Shown: one piece after another, positions 17,957 to 27,518 of the stretch
Layout of the letters: each line of letters starts with the position of its first letter
Numbering within the stretch: position 1 is the stretch's first letter
Notes under the pieces: generated by a model
What the model saw: only the letters and a program-made list of their open reading frames with translations
The model's database searches: none
Told to the model about the DNA's origin: nothing
From: an uncultured Verrucomicrobiae bacterium
Lineage (GTDB): Bacteria; Verrucomicrobiota; Verrucomicrobiia; Limisphaerales; JAFGQR01
Assembly (NCBI GenBank): GCA_963788655.1
Contig: CAWBHS010000061.1
Location: 1-27,518, forward strand
Reading direction: 5' to 3'
Length of the DNA stretch: 27,518 nt
Program-made: the position numbers and the translations under genes

Positions 17957-18814
17957 ATGCCTGAACTGCCCGAAGTTGAAGTGCTGGTGCGCCATTTGGA
18001 CCCGGTGCTCGAACATCAAAGAATCCGCGCCGTCGAGGTGCGTCGCCCGAAGGTCATCGCGCCCTGTTCTTCCCGCCAATTTGCCCGCGCGTTGATTGGC
18101 GCCCGCTTTGAAACGGTAACCCGCCGCGGAAAATTCCTCGTCTTCACGTTGCGCGCCCCCGGGCCCCGGCGCTCTTTCACGGTGCTCGGCCATCTGGGCA
18201 TGACGGGAAGAATGTACCTCTTGCCCCGAAACCAATCCCTGCCCAAACACGCGGCAGTGGTTTTGTCATTGGGTCCGAGGAATTTCGTTTATGAAGACCC
18301 GCGTTACTTTGGCCGCCTGACGTTGAATGCCGATCCTTTGAACCGGCTGGGACCGGAACCATTGGGCGACCAGTTTACCGTGCAAGCGCTGACGGCCAGC
18401 TTGGCGCGTTCGTCCCAACCGATCAAAATCAAGCTGCTGGATCAATCGCTGGTAGCCGGCATTGGCAACATTTACGCCAGCGAGACTTTGTTTCGGGCCC
18501 GGATTTCCCCTCTGATTCCCGCTCGCAAGCTGTCGCCGGCGCAAGTAGGCCGCCTTTGGCGGGCAATTCGGGCCGTGCTGCGGGAGGCGATCCGTTTTGG
18601 GAGCACGGTGCCGCTGGATTGGTCGCGACATGGCCGCTCGGACCGTCTGTTTTACTATGGGCTGGCGGCGGGTGTGATCGACTATTATGAAGAACGACTG
18701 CGGGTGTACGATCGCGCGGGTTTGCCGTGTGTGAGTTGCGGCACGGCGATCCGGCAACGGGTTCAGGGCGCCCGCAGCACCTATTACTGCCCGGTTTGCC
18801 AAACCCGGAGATGA
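17957..18814 (+). CDS. mutM: Formamidopyrimidine-DNA glycosylase
   Basis: MPELPEVE, RRGKFL, HLGMTG, AGIGNIYASE, C-terminal zinc finger CVSC...CPVCQ. Confidence 0.96.
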   Translation: MPELPEVEVLVRHLDPVLEHQRIRAVEVRRPKVIAPCSSRQFARALIGARFETVTRRGKFLVFTLRAPGPRRSFTVLGHLGMTGRMYLLPRNQSLPKHAAVVLSLGPRNFVYEDPRYFGRLTLNADPLNRLGPEPLGDQFTVQALTASLARSSQPIKIKLLDQSLVAGIGNIYASETLFRARISPLIPARKLSPAQVGRLWRAIRAVLREAIRFGSTVPLDWSRHGRSDRLFYYGLAAGVIDYYEERLRVYDRAGLPCVSCGTAIRQRVQGARSTYYCPVCQTRR

Positions 18815-18907
18815 CGCCGGTCATTTGCGGGGTTGCCGATTTTCCGAAACGCCCGCTTGAAGTATGGATTGCCAACCCCCCGGCCTTTCCGTTACTTATG
18901 AAGCGCA

Positions 18908-19405
18908 ATGCCTACGGTCGCCGAACAGCTCCGCCATGCGCGCGAGGAGCAACAGCTCGACATTTACCAGGTCGCCGAGATTACCAAAATCAAGACCGAC
19001 CACATTCGGGCTTTGGAGGCAGGGCATTATGATACCTTCACCGCACCGGTTTATATCCGCGGTTTCGTGCGCACCTATGCCCGTGCGCTCCGCTTGGATG
19101 AAGCGCACGTAATGGCCGACCTGGACGCCGAACTGGCCCAGACCAAGAAGTTCCGCGACCACCCGCCCTTGACACCCCCGCACAGCGGAGTGCTGGACTT
19201 TCTCATGCTCCAGCTTTCCCGGCTCAGTTGGCGCACGGTGGTTGCCTTGGTAGCCGCGCTGTTGGTGTTGCTCTTGGTATGGCTCGGCTTGCGCCACCGA
19301 AATCGTCCCCCATCCGATGCGCTTAAAAAGCTTGGCCCCGGTTTGTACCAAACCGCGCCAAAGCAATCGGGAGAAACCCTCCCATTGCCGACGAACGCGC
19401 CGTAG
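18908..19405 (+). CDS. RodZ-like HTH membrane protein
   Basis: LRHARE..TKIK..IRALE..VYIRGFVRTYARALRLD followed by a single TM helix. Confidence 0.85.
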   Translation: MPTVAEQLRHAREEQQLDIYQVAEITKIKTDHIRALEAGHYDTFTAPVYIRGFVRTYARALRLDEAHVMADLDAELAQTKKFRDHPPLTPPHSGVLDFLMLQLSRLSWRTVVALVAALLVLLLVWLGLRHRNRPPSDALKKLGPGLYQTAPKQSGETLPLPTNAP

Positions 19406-19623
19406 TTCGACGAATGCAAAATATGCGGGGGCGCGAACTGCCGTTCCGCCCGCCCTCGAGACGTTTCCATGTAAGCCAAAAATTGCTCATTGGTTACGCA
19501 ACATGGACGGAAGCACACCGGCCTCCGCGATCCACCGGTTACCGATAAATCCAAACCGCGCTGGAGTGCCGCCCTGCCGCCATTGAATCGATTCGGATTA
19601 ACCGCTAACTTGCGCGACCTTTG

Positions 19624-21318
19624 ATGCAACGGAAAAAAACAATACACCCGCCGCGGGTGGGCCTGATTTCCCTCGGTTGCGCCAAGAATTTGGTGGATGC
19701 CGAAATCATGCTCGGCGCGCTGGTGCAAGACGGCCTCGAACTCACCAACGATCCCGGCCAAGCCGACGCGCTGATTGTGAACACCTGTTCGTTCATTGAC
19801 GCTGCGCAGGAGGAAAGCGTGGACACCATTCTGGAATCGGGCGCCGTTCGCGACGCGCAAAACCGCGGTCAGGCGATCGTTGTCTCCGGATGTCTCCCGC
19901 AACGTTTCCGCGACGAACTGCCGGCGTTGCTGCCCGAAGTGGACGCCTTCATGGGCATTGATCAGGTCACCCAGGTGGGACAGATCGTGCAGGAAGCCTT
20001 GCACCGCCGCGCCCAGAAGCTCGCCGCACCTGCGCCGAAAGGAACGCGGTCAAAAAAACAAATTACCGCCCGCCTCGCGGATTTGGCTCAAGCCCAACCG
20101 GCCGTAGAAACTGCTGCCGGGCTCAGAAACGAACGTCCGGTGGGCAAACCCAAATCCACTGCCGCCACGGCCGGCTCCGTGCGTCCGATGACAGCGCCCG
20201 TTTTGGATGTGACCCGCCGTCCTACCTACATCCCGGACTACGCCACGCCGCGGTTCCGGCTCACGCCGCGGCATTTCGCCTATCTAAAAATCGCCGAGGG
20301 CTGCAATCATCCGTGCAGCTTCTGCATCATTCCCCGGATGCGCGGCAGGCATCGCAGCCGGGAACAAGCGGACATCGTCGCCGAAGCGCGCGCACTTCTG
20401 GCAGAGGGGGTGAAGGAATTGAACCTGATCTCGCAGGATACCACTTACTACGGATTGGACCGGCGGCCCAGCCGCGCGGGCTCGATCGCCGCGCCGGACA
20501 AATTCAACGCCGCCACCCGGGCGCTGCCCGCCAACGCGACGACGCTGGTTACCTTGCTCCGCGAATTGAACGACCTGCCTGGCGATTTTTGGATTCGTTT
20601 GCTCTACACGCATCCCGCGCACTGGACCGACGAACTCATCCAGACCATTGCCGAGTGTCCCAAAGTGGCGCGGTACGTGGATATGCCGCTCCAGCACATT
20701 CACGCGGTGATGCTGCAACGCATGCGGCGGGAAACCTCCGCGGAACACATCAGCGACCTGATCCGCCGCATTCGGGCGGGCCTGCCGGGTATTGCCTTGC
20801 GCACGACGTTCATCGTGGGCTTTCCGGGGGAAACCGAAACTATGTTTCGGACGCTGCTGGACTTCATTCGCGAAACCCGCTTCGAGCGCCTGGGCGTGTT
20901 CACCTATTCGCAGGAAGACGGAACGATTGCGGGCAAAATGGCGAAACAAATTTCCGATCGCCACAAACAGGAACGGCGCGACCAGGCCATGGCCGCCCAA
21001 CATGAAATCGCCCGACAGATTGCCGGTTCGTTCGTCGGGCGAACCATCAAGGTACTGGTCGAACGTCAGGCGACGGCCAAGAACCTGGCCCAAGCCAAGG
21101 TCTTTTCCTGGGAACACGGCCTGATTCGTGACGCTGCTTTCGGTGTCGCTGCTTCCGGAACCCGCACGTATTTCGTCGCCCGCGGCGAGGCGGATGCGCC
21201 GGACATCGATGGACGGGTTTACCTTCGCGGTAAGCTGCCGCTGGGGCAATTTGCGCGAGTCAAGGTCATTGGCCATACGGACTACGATCTGGTGGCCGAG
21301 CCCGCTGGAAAGGATTAG
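19624..21318 (+). CDS. rimO: Ribosomal protein S12 methylthiotransferase
   Basis: SLGCAKNLVDAE, NTCSFI, YLKIAEGCNHPCSFC (radical SAM), DAPDIDGRVY TRAM domain. Confidence 0.95.
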   Translation: MQRKKTIHPPRVGLISLGCAKNLVDAEIMLGALVQDGLELTNDPGQADALIVNTCSFIDAAQEESVDTILESGAVRDAQNRGQAIVVSGCLPQRFRDELPALLPEVDAFMGIDQVTQVGQIVQEALHRRAQKLAAPAPKGTRSKKQITARLADLAQAQPAVETAAGLRNERPVGKPKSTAATAGSVRPMTAPVLDVTRRPTYIPDYATPRFRLTPRHFAYLKIAEGCNHPCSFCIIPRMRGRHRSREQADIVAEARALLAEGVKELNLISQDTTYYGLDRRPSRAGSIAAPDKFNAATRALPANATTLVTLLRELNDLPGDFWIRLLYTHPAHWTDELIQTIAECPKVARYVDMPLQHIHAVMLQRMRRETSAEHISDLIRRIRAGLPGIALRTTFIVGFPGETETMFRTLLDFIRETRFERLGVFTYSQEDGTIAGKMAKQISDRHKQERRDQAMAAQHEIARQIAGSFVGRTIKVLVERQATAKNLAQAKVFSWEHGLIRDAAFGVAASGTRTYFVARGEADAPDIDGRVYLRGKLPLGQFARVKVIGHTDYDLVAEPAGKD

Positions 21319-21332
21319 GAGAAGCTTAATTT

Positions 21333-24241
21333 CTAACTGCGTGTCAGTTGCAATCCGGTATCGGACAACGAAAATTCGACCAACCGTGCGCGGGCATTCG
21401 GCGGATTGGCGGTCAGCTCTTTGCGGATGCGTCCGGCGGCAGTTTCGTCTTTGGCGAAGAGCAACAGAAACCCACCACCGCCCGCGCCCAATAATTTGGT
21501 GGCCGCCAGCCAGTCGCCGATCCGATCCAGGATTTGCTGGACGCCGGGCGGATTGGTGCCTGAGTCCAATCGCTGGTTCAACTGCCAGCTTGCGCGGATG
21601 ACCGCAAACAGGTCGTCCATCGCGCAGCGTTGAATGGCCTCGGTGGCGCGCCGGGCATTGGCGCCAATCTCGCTGATGATACCCAGGTGCGTGGGCGAAT
21701 TCAGAAAGATGCCGCGCACGATTTCCTGAAGGATGTTTTTGGCCAGGCGGGTGATGCCGGTGTAGTAGAGCAGAATGGTTTTGTTGGCGTAATCGCGATT
21801 CAACAAGTGCTCCGGCAACCAGCTTACCGTCGGCTTTTGCGCCAGGCCCGGGACTGGTCTCAATGAGTTTGATTCCCCGGTAAATGGCACCGGCCTGGTC
21901 CTGCCAACCACCGCCGGTGGTGAGCATTTGTTCCATCGCCAGCGTGCGAATAAAGAGGACGTTCCGGTCCCAGTTCAGTCCACACAGATCGCCCAGCGTC
22001 GCCAGCAGCGTGGCGGCGAGAATACTGCTGGTGCCCAGTCCGGAGCCCTTGGGAACCGCCGAGAGCAGCGAGAGTTCAATGCCCCCGCCGAAGTCCTGCA
22101 ATTGCTCGGTCAACGTGGCATGACCGCCGTGGGCATGAAAGCGCGGCAGAAAGCCGGCCAGCGCAAAGGCCGCTTTGGCCAGCGGCGAATTCGCTGCCCG
22201 GCGCGGCATAAGTGTCCAGTTCCTCGTAGGTGCGGATGCGTTGCTCGACGCCGAGGTCGATCGAGCGCACCACGATTTCGGGTTGGGAACTCAGCTTGGC
22301 GAATACTTGGATCGGTGGTTGGCCGTTCAAATCGGCGGCCACGTTCACCACTTGGCCACCGAACTCGATGCAATAGGGCGGCGTGTCGGTCCAGCCGCCG
22401 GCCAGGTCGAAGCGGATCGGGCTGCGGCCCCAAACGATCTGGTCCTCGAGCACGTCGCGATGCGGCGTCACGGGCGACAACTGGGCGTCGCGGACAATTA
22501 GTTCGCGCAGCCGGGCAAAGGCCTCCGCTTCGTGCGCCTGCCAATCGGGCTGCCGGCGATGCCGCAGCACGGCCGAGCGAAACATGGCTTCATGGACTGG
22601 ATGCAACGGTTCCAGTTCCTCCGAGTTCCGGGTGGCTTGTTCGGGCAGCGGCTGGTACGTTTGCGCGTAAAGCTGGCCGGTGGCTTCCAAATCGAGCCGG
22701 AAGAAAACGCTCCAGCGCGAATTGCCGAACATGGGCCGCAAGCAATTCTCACGCTGTTGGGCGCGTTGTTGGTACAGGCGGTGAAGGTTGGCTTCTTCGC
22801 CCAATTGCTGGGCGGAGAGGCGTCGCGCGTGAAGCCATTGGGCGGTGAAGGCTGAGTTGACTTCCGGGGATTCCGCCAGCAGCCATTCCAAAAAGTGCGG
22901 CTCCAGTTCCGCGGCTTTCAGGATGGGAAACAGCGGCGCCTGCTGAATGTCCGACTCCAGATCCACGCCGGCTTGCTCCCGCGCGATACCGCGCGCTGAC
23001 AACCATTCCGGCACCGCTCGGTCGAACCAGCCGGCCTCTTGGCACGAGCCGCTGAACGTGTCGTTGATGTGGTAAGTCCGCACGCAATAAGAATCTTTGC
23101 CCACGGGCACAAAATCGAGGCAGGCGCCGGCGGGCAGGCGCAACTCCCAGCCGTTCTCCGGCACGCCGGTCAGCACGTGGTCGTGCGCCAATTGCCAGGT
23201 CTTCGGGATCACGCTGTTCTCGATCCACAAGGTGCGATTTTCCTCGAGGCCAATCGGTACTTCGAATCGGCTGTTTTGGAGGAATTGATCCGGATGCCGC
23301 TTGGCGCCCAGCGCGCCCAATTTGGTTTCGTCCAACTCCCGATTTTGGAGCGCCGAGATGGATTCGATCATCTGCCGGCTGGTGCCGAAATGGTAGAATT
23401 CGGCGGCGGGCAACGGCACCACGGCGCACGTTAAGGCATTGACCGGCGGATCCACCTGATGCGGTTTGGTGCCGAGGGCAAGACCGAATTGCGCATACAG
23501 TTCGTAGTGGGCAGCGCTCTCCTCGGCAAACTCCGCGCCCTGCCATCCGCTGTGTGCCATGAGCGCTTGAACTGCCCGCTCGCTCAGCAACCACATGCCG
23601 GTATCGACCAGACACAAATAGTCTCCGGACAACTCGCGGATGCGGGCCAGCGATGGTTTCTGTTCGAAGAAAGCCAGTTCATTGGGGCGCTGGCGGGGGC
23701 TGATGAACACGCCGAAGTCTTTCATCAACTCCGGTTTGACCCACATGCCCAGTCCCAGCACGTCCACCGCTGGGAAGGGCGGCAGTTCCGGGGCAAAGCG
23801 CAACAGCACGTCTCCGCTGGTCACCATGGCGACCGTGCCCGGCGCGGCGTGGGCCAACACGCGCTGGTAGTCGGGCAATTGGAGATCCAACAGCGTCTGA
23901 TCCAGTCGCTGGCCCCGCGACCAACGGAAGACCGGTATGGGCATGAGCAGTTTGCCCACCGGTGCGTATGCAGGCAGCCGCCGGCTTTGTCCGCCGCCAT
24001 GGATGATCAACTTGCGGCTGGCATTGAGCCATTGCTCAAACGGCTGGTTCGCCCCGGTGGCACGCCAGGCTTCCGCCAGCAAATTCGCCGTGCCGCCACC
24101 GGAACCGAGTTTCGAGCCGGCGGGATCGCTGGTGGCAAACCATGCCGGCGGAGATTTGCCTTCCAGGGCGGCAAACTCGCGCGCCATCCCCGGCGGCAAC
24201 GTCAACAGGAACTGCATCGACTGCGAAGCGGCATCATTCAT
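21333..24241 (-). CDS. fkp: Bifunctional L-fucokinase/fucose-1-phosphate guanylyltransferase, frameshifts near 22183 and 21848
   Basis: KLGSGGGT, HGGGQSRRLPAY, EFYHFGTS, RFDLAGGWTDTPP, VPKGSGLGTSSIL, GGGWQDQAG and KLLGAGGGGF across three joined frames. Confidence 0.9.
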
Positions 24242-24244
24242 TAC

Positions 24245-25198
24245 TTAAGCTACAATCCAGTCCAGGATCGCCTTTTGCACGTGCAGCCGATTTTCTGCCT
24301 GATCGAAGATGGTCCCGGCGTGCGCTTCGAAGGTGGCTTCGTCGATTTCTTTGCCGCGGTACGCTGGCAGGCAATGCATGACCAACGCGTCGGGCTTGGC
24401 CAGTTTAACGACGGACTGGTTCAGTTGATACGGCGCCAGGGTGTTCAAGCGGTCGGTGGCTTCGGCTTCCTTGCCCATGGACACCCACACGTCGGTGTAC
24501 AGCAAGTCGGCATTCGTGGCCGCTTGGTCCACGTGCTCGGTGATGAAAACTCGGCCGCCATTTGGAAAATCGCCGCCATACCCCCAACTCGACAACGCCG
24601 CCACTTGTTGGACTCCCGCGCGACGCAGCAAATCCTCGGGCGGTTGGAAATCCTTGGGTGCGGCAATCCGCAATTCAAAACCCAACTTGGCGGCGGCGAA
24701 AATCCACGAGAGCGCCACATTGCACGCGCCGTCGCCGAGGAACGTCACCACCTTGCCCTGAATCGGACTGCGCTTCTCCTGGTAACTGAAAATGTCCGTG
24801 AGAATCTGGCAGGGATGTTCGTCGTCGGTGAGCGCGTTGATGGTGGGAATGCCGGCATACTCGGCGAACTCGTCCACGTCGCGCTGGGCGAACGTCCGGA
24901 TGATGGCGCCGTGAACCATGCGGCCCAGCACCCGCGCCGTGTCCTTGATGGGTTCACCGCGACCGAGTTGAATTTCGCTGGCGCTGAGAAACATCGATTG
25001 CCCGCCCAGTTCCTGGATGGCGACTTCAAAGGACACGCGGGTGCGCGTCGAGGACTTGGCAAACAGCAGGGCCCACGTCCGGCCCGTCAAAGGCAGGGCG
25101 TGACGGTTGCCCCGTTGCTTTTTGCAACCGGTGGCCGCCTGCAAAACCGTTTCCATGTCCAGCCGGGACATGGTTTCCAAACTCAACAAATGTTTCAT
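24245..25198 (-). CDS. argF: Ornithine carbamoyltransferase
   Basis: KSSTRTRVSFE, HPCQILTD, DVWVSMG, MHCLPAYRG, QAENRLH. Confidence 0.95.
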   Translation of the reverse strand: MKHLLSLETMSRLDMETVLQAATGCKKQRGNRHALPLTGRTWALLFAKSSTRTRVSFEVAIQELGGQSMFLSASEIQLGRGEPIKDTARVLGRMVHGAIIRTFAQRDVDEFAEYAGIPTINALTDDEHPCQILTDIFSYQEKRSPIQGKVVTFLGDGACNVALSWIFAAAKLGFELRIAAPKDFQPPEDLLRRAGVQQVAALSSWGYGGDFPNGGRVFITEHVDQAATNADLLYTDVWVSMGKEAEATDRLNTLAPYQLNQSVVKLAKPDALVMHCLPAYRGKEIDEATFEAHAGTIFDQAENRLHVQKAILDWIVA

Positions 25199-25301
25199 AA
25201 CAATCATCACGGACGTGGCGGGGAACAATGCCGGAGCCAACTCTCCTTTCCAAACAAGGGCGGGCCAGCTTTTACAACGCCGCTGTCTTCAGTGAAGTCT
25301 A

Positions 25302-26600
25302 TCAAACCAGCTTCGCCAGCACCGACTCAATGATTTTCAATCCCTCCTCGGCTTCCGCCTGCCGCAGGTTCAAGGCCGGCAGCAAACGCACCACGTCCAG
25401 GCCCGCCGGGATGGTGAGCAATCCGGCCTCGTGCAGCCGGTTGACCATTTGGAGCGAGGGCGCTTTGCCGGTGCCGCGGAACACTGGCAGGTCCGACGCC
25501 ATTTGAAACCCGAGCATCAATCCCATTCCCCGTACGCTCCGGATGCAGGGCGGATACTTTTGTGCCAGTTGATCCAATCCGTTCTTGATGAACTCGCCGA
25601 GGGCGCGGGCGTGGTCGGCCAGGTGATCCCGTTCGATGACTTCCAGGATTCTTGAGCGCCACCGCGCACGCCAGCGGCGTGCCACCGTAAGTGGTCGCAT
25701 GCGTGCCCGGACCGAGCCGATCGGCATGTTGGTCGCGCACCCAAAATGCGCCCATCGGGAAGCCACCGCCCATGGATTTTGCCATCGAAATGCCGTCGGG
25801 CAGAAATTGGTCGCCACCGGGCACGCCTTCCAAAATCCGCTGAAAACTCTGAAATCGGCCGGTGCGAAAATGCCCACACTGCACCGCGTCCATGAGGAGC
25901 AGCAGTTTCTTTTCGTCACACAGCGCCCGCAAGCCCAGCAGGTATTCCGGAGTGGCTGGCGTAATGCCGCCTTCCCCCTGGATGCCTTCAATCAGGATCG
26001 CCGCCGTTGCCGGTGAAATGGCGTCGCGCATGGCCGCAAGATCATTGAAGGGCACGTGCCGAAATCCGGCCATCATTGGCTCGAAGCCTTTCTTCACTTT
26101 GTCCTGGCCGGTGGCCGCGATGCCCGCGAGCGTGCGTCCGTGAAAGGAGTTGACCGCCGTCAGAACCTCGAAGCGGCCTTCGGTATGGCCAAACTTGCGG
26201 GCCAGTTTGAACAGACCCTCGTTGGCTTCGGCGCCACTGTTCGAGAAAAATACCTTGCCCGGTCCGATCAACCGGACGATTGCCTGCGGCCAGGCGCCTG
26301 CGGTTCGTGGTAATACAGGTTCGAGATGTGGACCAACCGTTGCGACTGTTCCACCAGCGCCTCGGTAATCGCGGGATGCGCATGCCCCAGTGCGCACACG
26401 GCAATGCCGCCGCCGAGATCGAGGTAGCGCCTGCCGTTCACGTCCCACAAAAAACTTCCCGCACCCCGCGTAAAGGCGAGATCGAATCGCCCATAACTGG
26501 GGACCACAAACTGGCTGAACAATTCTCGCACCGCTGCGAAGGTGTTCTGCACCATCGGTGGTGGCGGCGGCGGAGGCACAATCTCATTTGTAAGCTTCAT
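25302..26600 (-). CDS. argD: Acetylornithine aminotransferase (class III PLP), frameshifts near 26290 and 25650
   Basis: YLDLGGGIAVCALGH, HISNLY, FSNSGAEANEG, SFHGRT, IQGEGG, DAVQCG, MAKSMGGG, VRGMGLMLG; directly upstream of argF. Confidence 0.88.
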
Positions 26601-26884
26601 ATCGCTGAGCGCCAAAGCGCAATAAAACACTAGAAAATCTCCGAAAGGTCAATACGTCCTTTTGGGACTTTTCATGCTGGGGCGACTGGATGCAACTCAA
26701 GCCTGCAAAACGGCACGGCATGGTCTGGGACACTGCGGGACTTAACTTGGACGTAATATCGGCTCGGCAGCAACAGGGCAAGCCGGCGCATTCCCAACGG
26801 AGGGACCGCCCGCCGTTGCAAAATGGGTGACACTCACCTTCCGGTGGTTGATTTGCTAAGCCGTATCTATGCAATCGTGTTTGA

Positions 26885-27030
26885 GGAACGCGCCCGCTTC
26901 GGGCGCTGCCAACCGACGCCCTCGCCGGTTGGCCCTGCAACTGAGCCATCACTGAATAGTGAATCTCTTGGGATCCTCGGAAGTGGTTGGCGAGGCGCCA
27001 ACCACGGCGCCCGGGGCGGGCGCGCTCCCC
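26885..27030. repeat. REP-like doublet (GGARCGCGCCCGC family)
   Basis: GGAACGCGCCCGCTTCGGGCGC is inverted relative to GCGCCCGGGGCGGGCGCGCTCC. The 18-bp core CGCGCCCGCTTCGGGCGC (26889-26906) recurs at 7258-7275. Confidence 0.6.
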
Positions 27031-27114
27031 TTTTGGACTGAATCGTTACGGCAGCGGGAGCACTGCCTTGCTTGACGCTGGCGCTTCGATTGAATTGGGA
27101 CTGAAACAACAGGG

Positions 27115-27518
27115 CTATTTGTTGGTGTCCAGCGAAAGAGGCTGGCTGCGCGGTCGCGGGGAAGGGACAAAGCCTGGTGGCATCGGCGGGCGGGGCAGGC
27201 AGGGGCGGAGTGGCGCCGCTCTTGACGGCTTGCCGCCACGCTTGCCGCTCGGCCTCGCTCATGTTCAGCCAGCGCTGGGCGGCTTTGACGAAGCGTTCGC
27301 GTTGCGTCGGCGGCAGTTCTTTGAATCGTTGAAATTTCGGCCAGACAGTCGCTTTGCTCGCTGGAGGGGAGTTGTTTGAACTGCACCAACAGGGTGTTCA
27401 CCGGCAACGGCGGCGGCATCGCGTTCGGGGGCACCGCGCCCGGGGGCATGGGCGGTTCATTCAACTCGAACAACTGCTTGTAACTCCAATAAACCACCTG
27501 CTGTTCCTTGGCCGGCAT
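27115..27518 (-). CDS. Partial DUF3106-like proline-rich protein (5' end outside window), frameshifted
   Basis: FKQLPSSEQ..KFQRFKELPPTQRERFVKAAQRWLNMSEAERQAWR repeats plus poly-Pro tracts. The probable end is PRSQPLSLDTNK* at 27115. Confidence 0.6.

Noticed and set aside
24245..25198. Non-canonical N-acetyl- or N-succinylornithine carbamoyltransferase
   Set aside because: The STRT, SMG-loop and HCLP motifs are those of a canonical ornithine carbamoyltransferase.
20284..25333. Long alternative ORFs (20284..22209, 23459..25333; also 6120..7295, 11350..12324, 19075..20004)
   Set aside because: They are antisense or off-frame shadows of well-supported genes in GC-rich DNA. Only the first ~120 codons of 20284..22209 are real, as the middle of fkp.
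26601..26880. ARG box or riboswitch upstream of argD
   Set aside because: No convincing operator palindrome or known aptamer consensus was seen.

Overview
GC-rich bacterial chromosome segment. Gene content and protein style suggest Verrucomicrobiota (Pedosphaerales/Limisphaerales-like); this is an inference. Bases 1-5296 are a decayed accessory island abutting the 3' end of a tRNA-Arg(ACG). The island holds a truncated IS4-like transposase, a complete 1000-bp IS1595-family element with an 8-bp target duplication, a TN-repeat lipoprotein, an hsdR fragment and a winged-helix + DUF3800 gene pair. Facing that pair is a small candidate ncRNA with its own sigma70 promoter, a three-way-junction fold and a U-tract; this module is the most interesting signal in the window. 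The rest is core genome: a BSP-family peptidase, two Spy/CpxP-like proteins, radC, lpxA, murA, prmC, a LysM protein, rpmE, prfA, a HAD phosphatase, mutM, a rodZ-like gene, rimO, fkp, argF, argD and a partial DUF3106-like gene. Intergenic spaces carry several REP/MITE-like palindrome families, including a 4 x ~156-bp tandem array. Many genes, including housekeeping ones, have single-base frameshifts that are most likely uncorrected sequencing errors.
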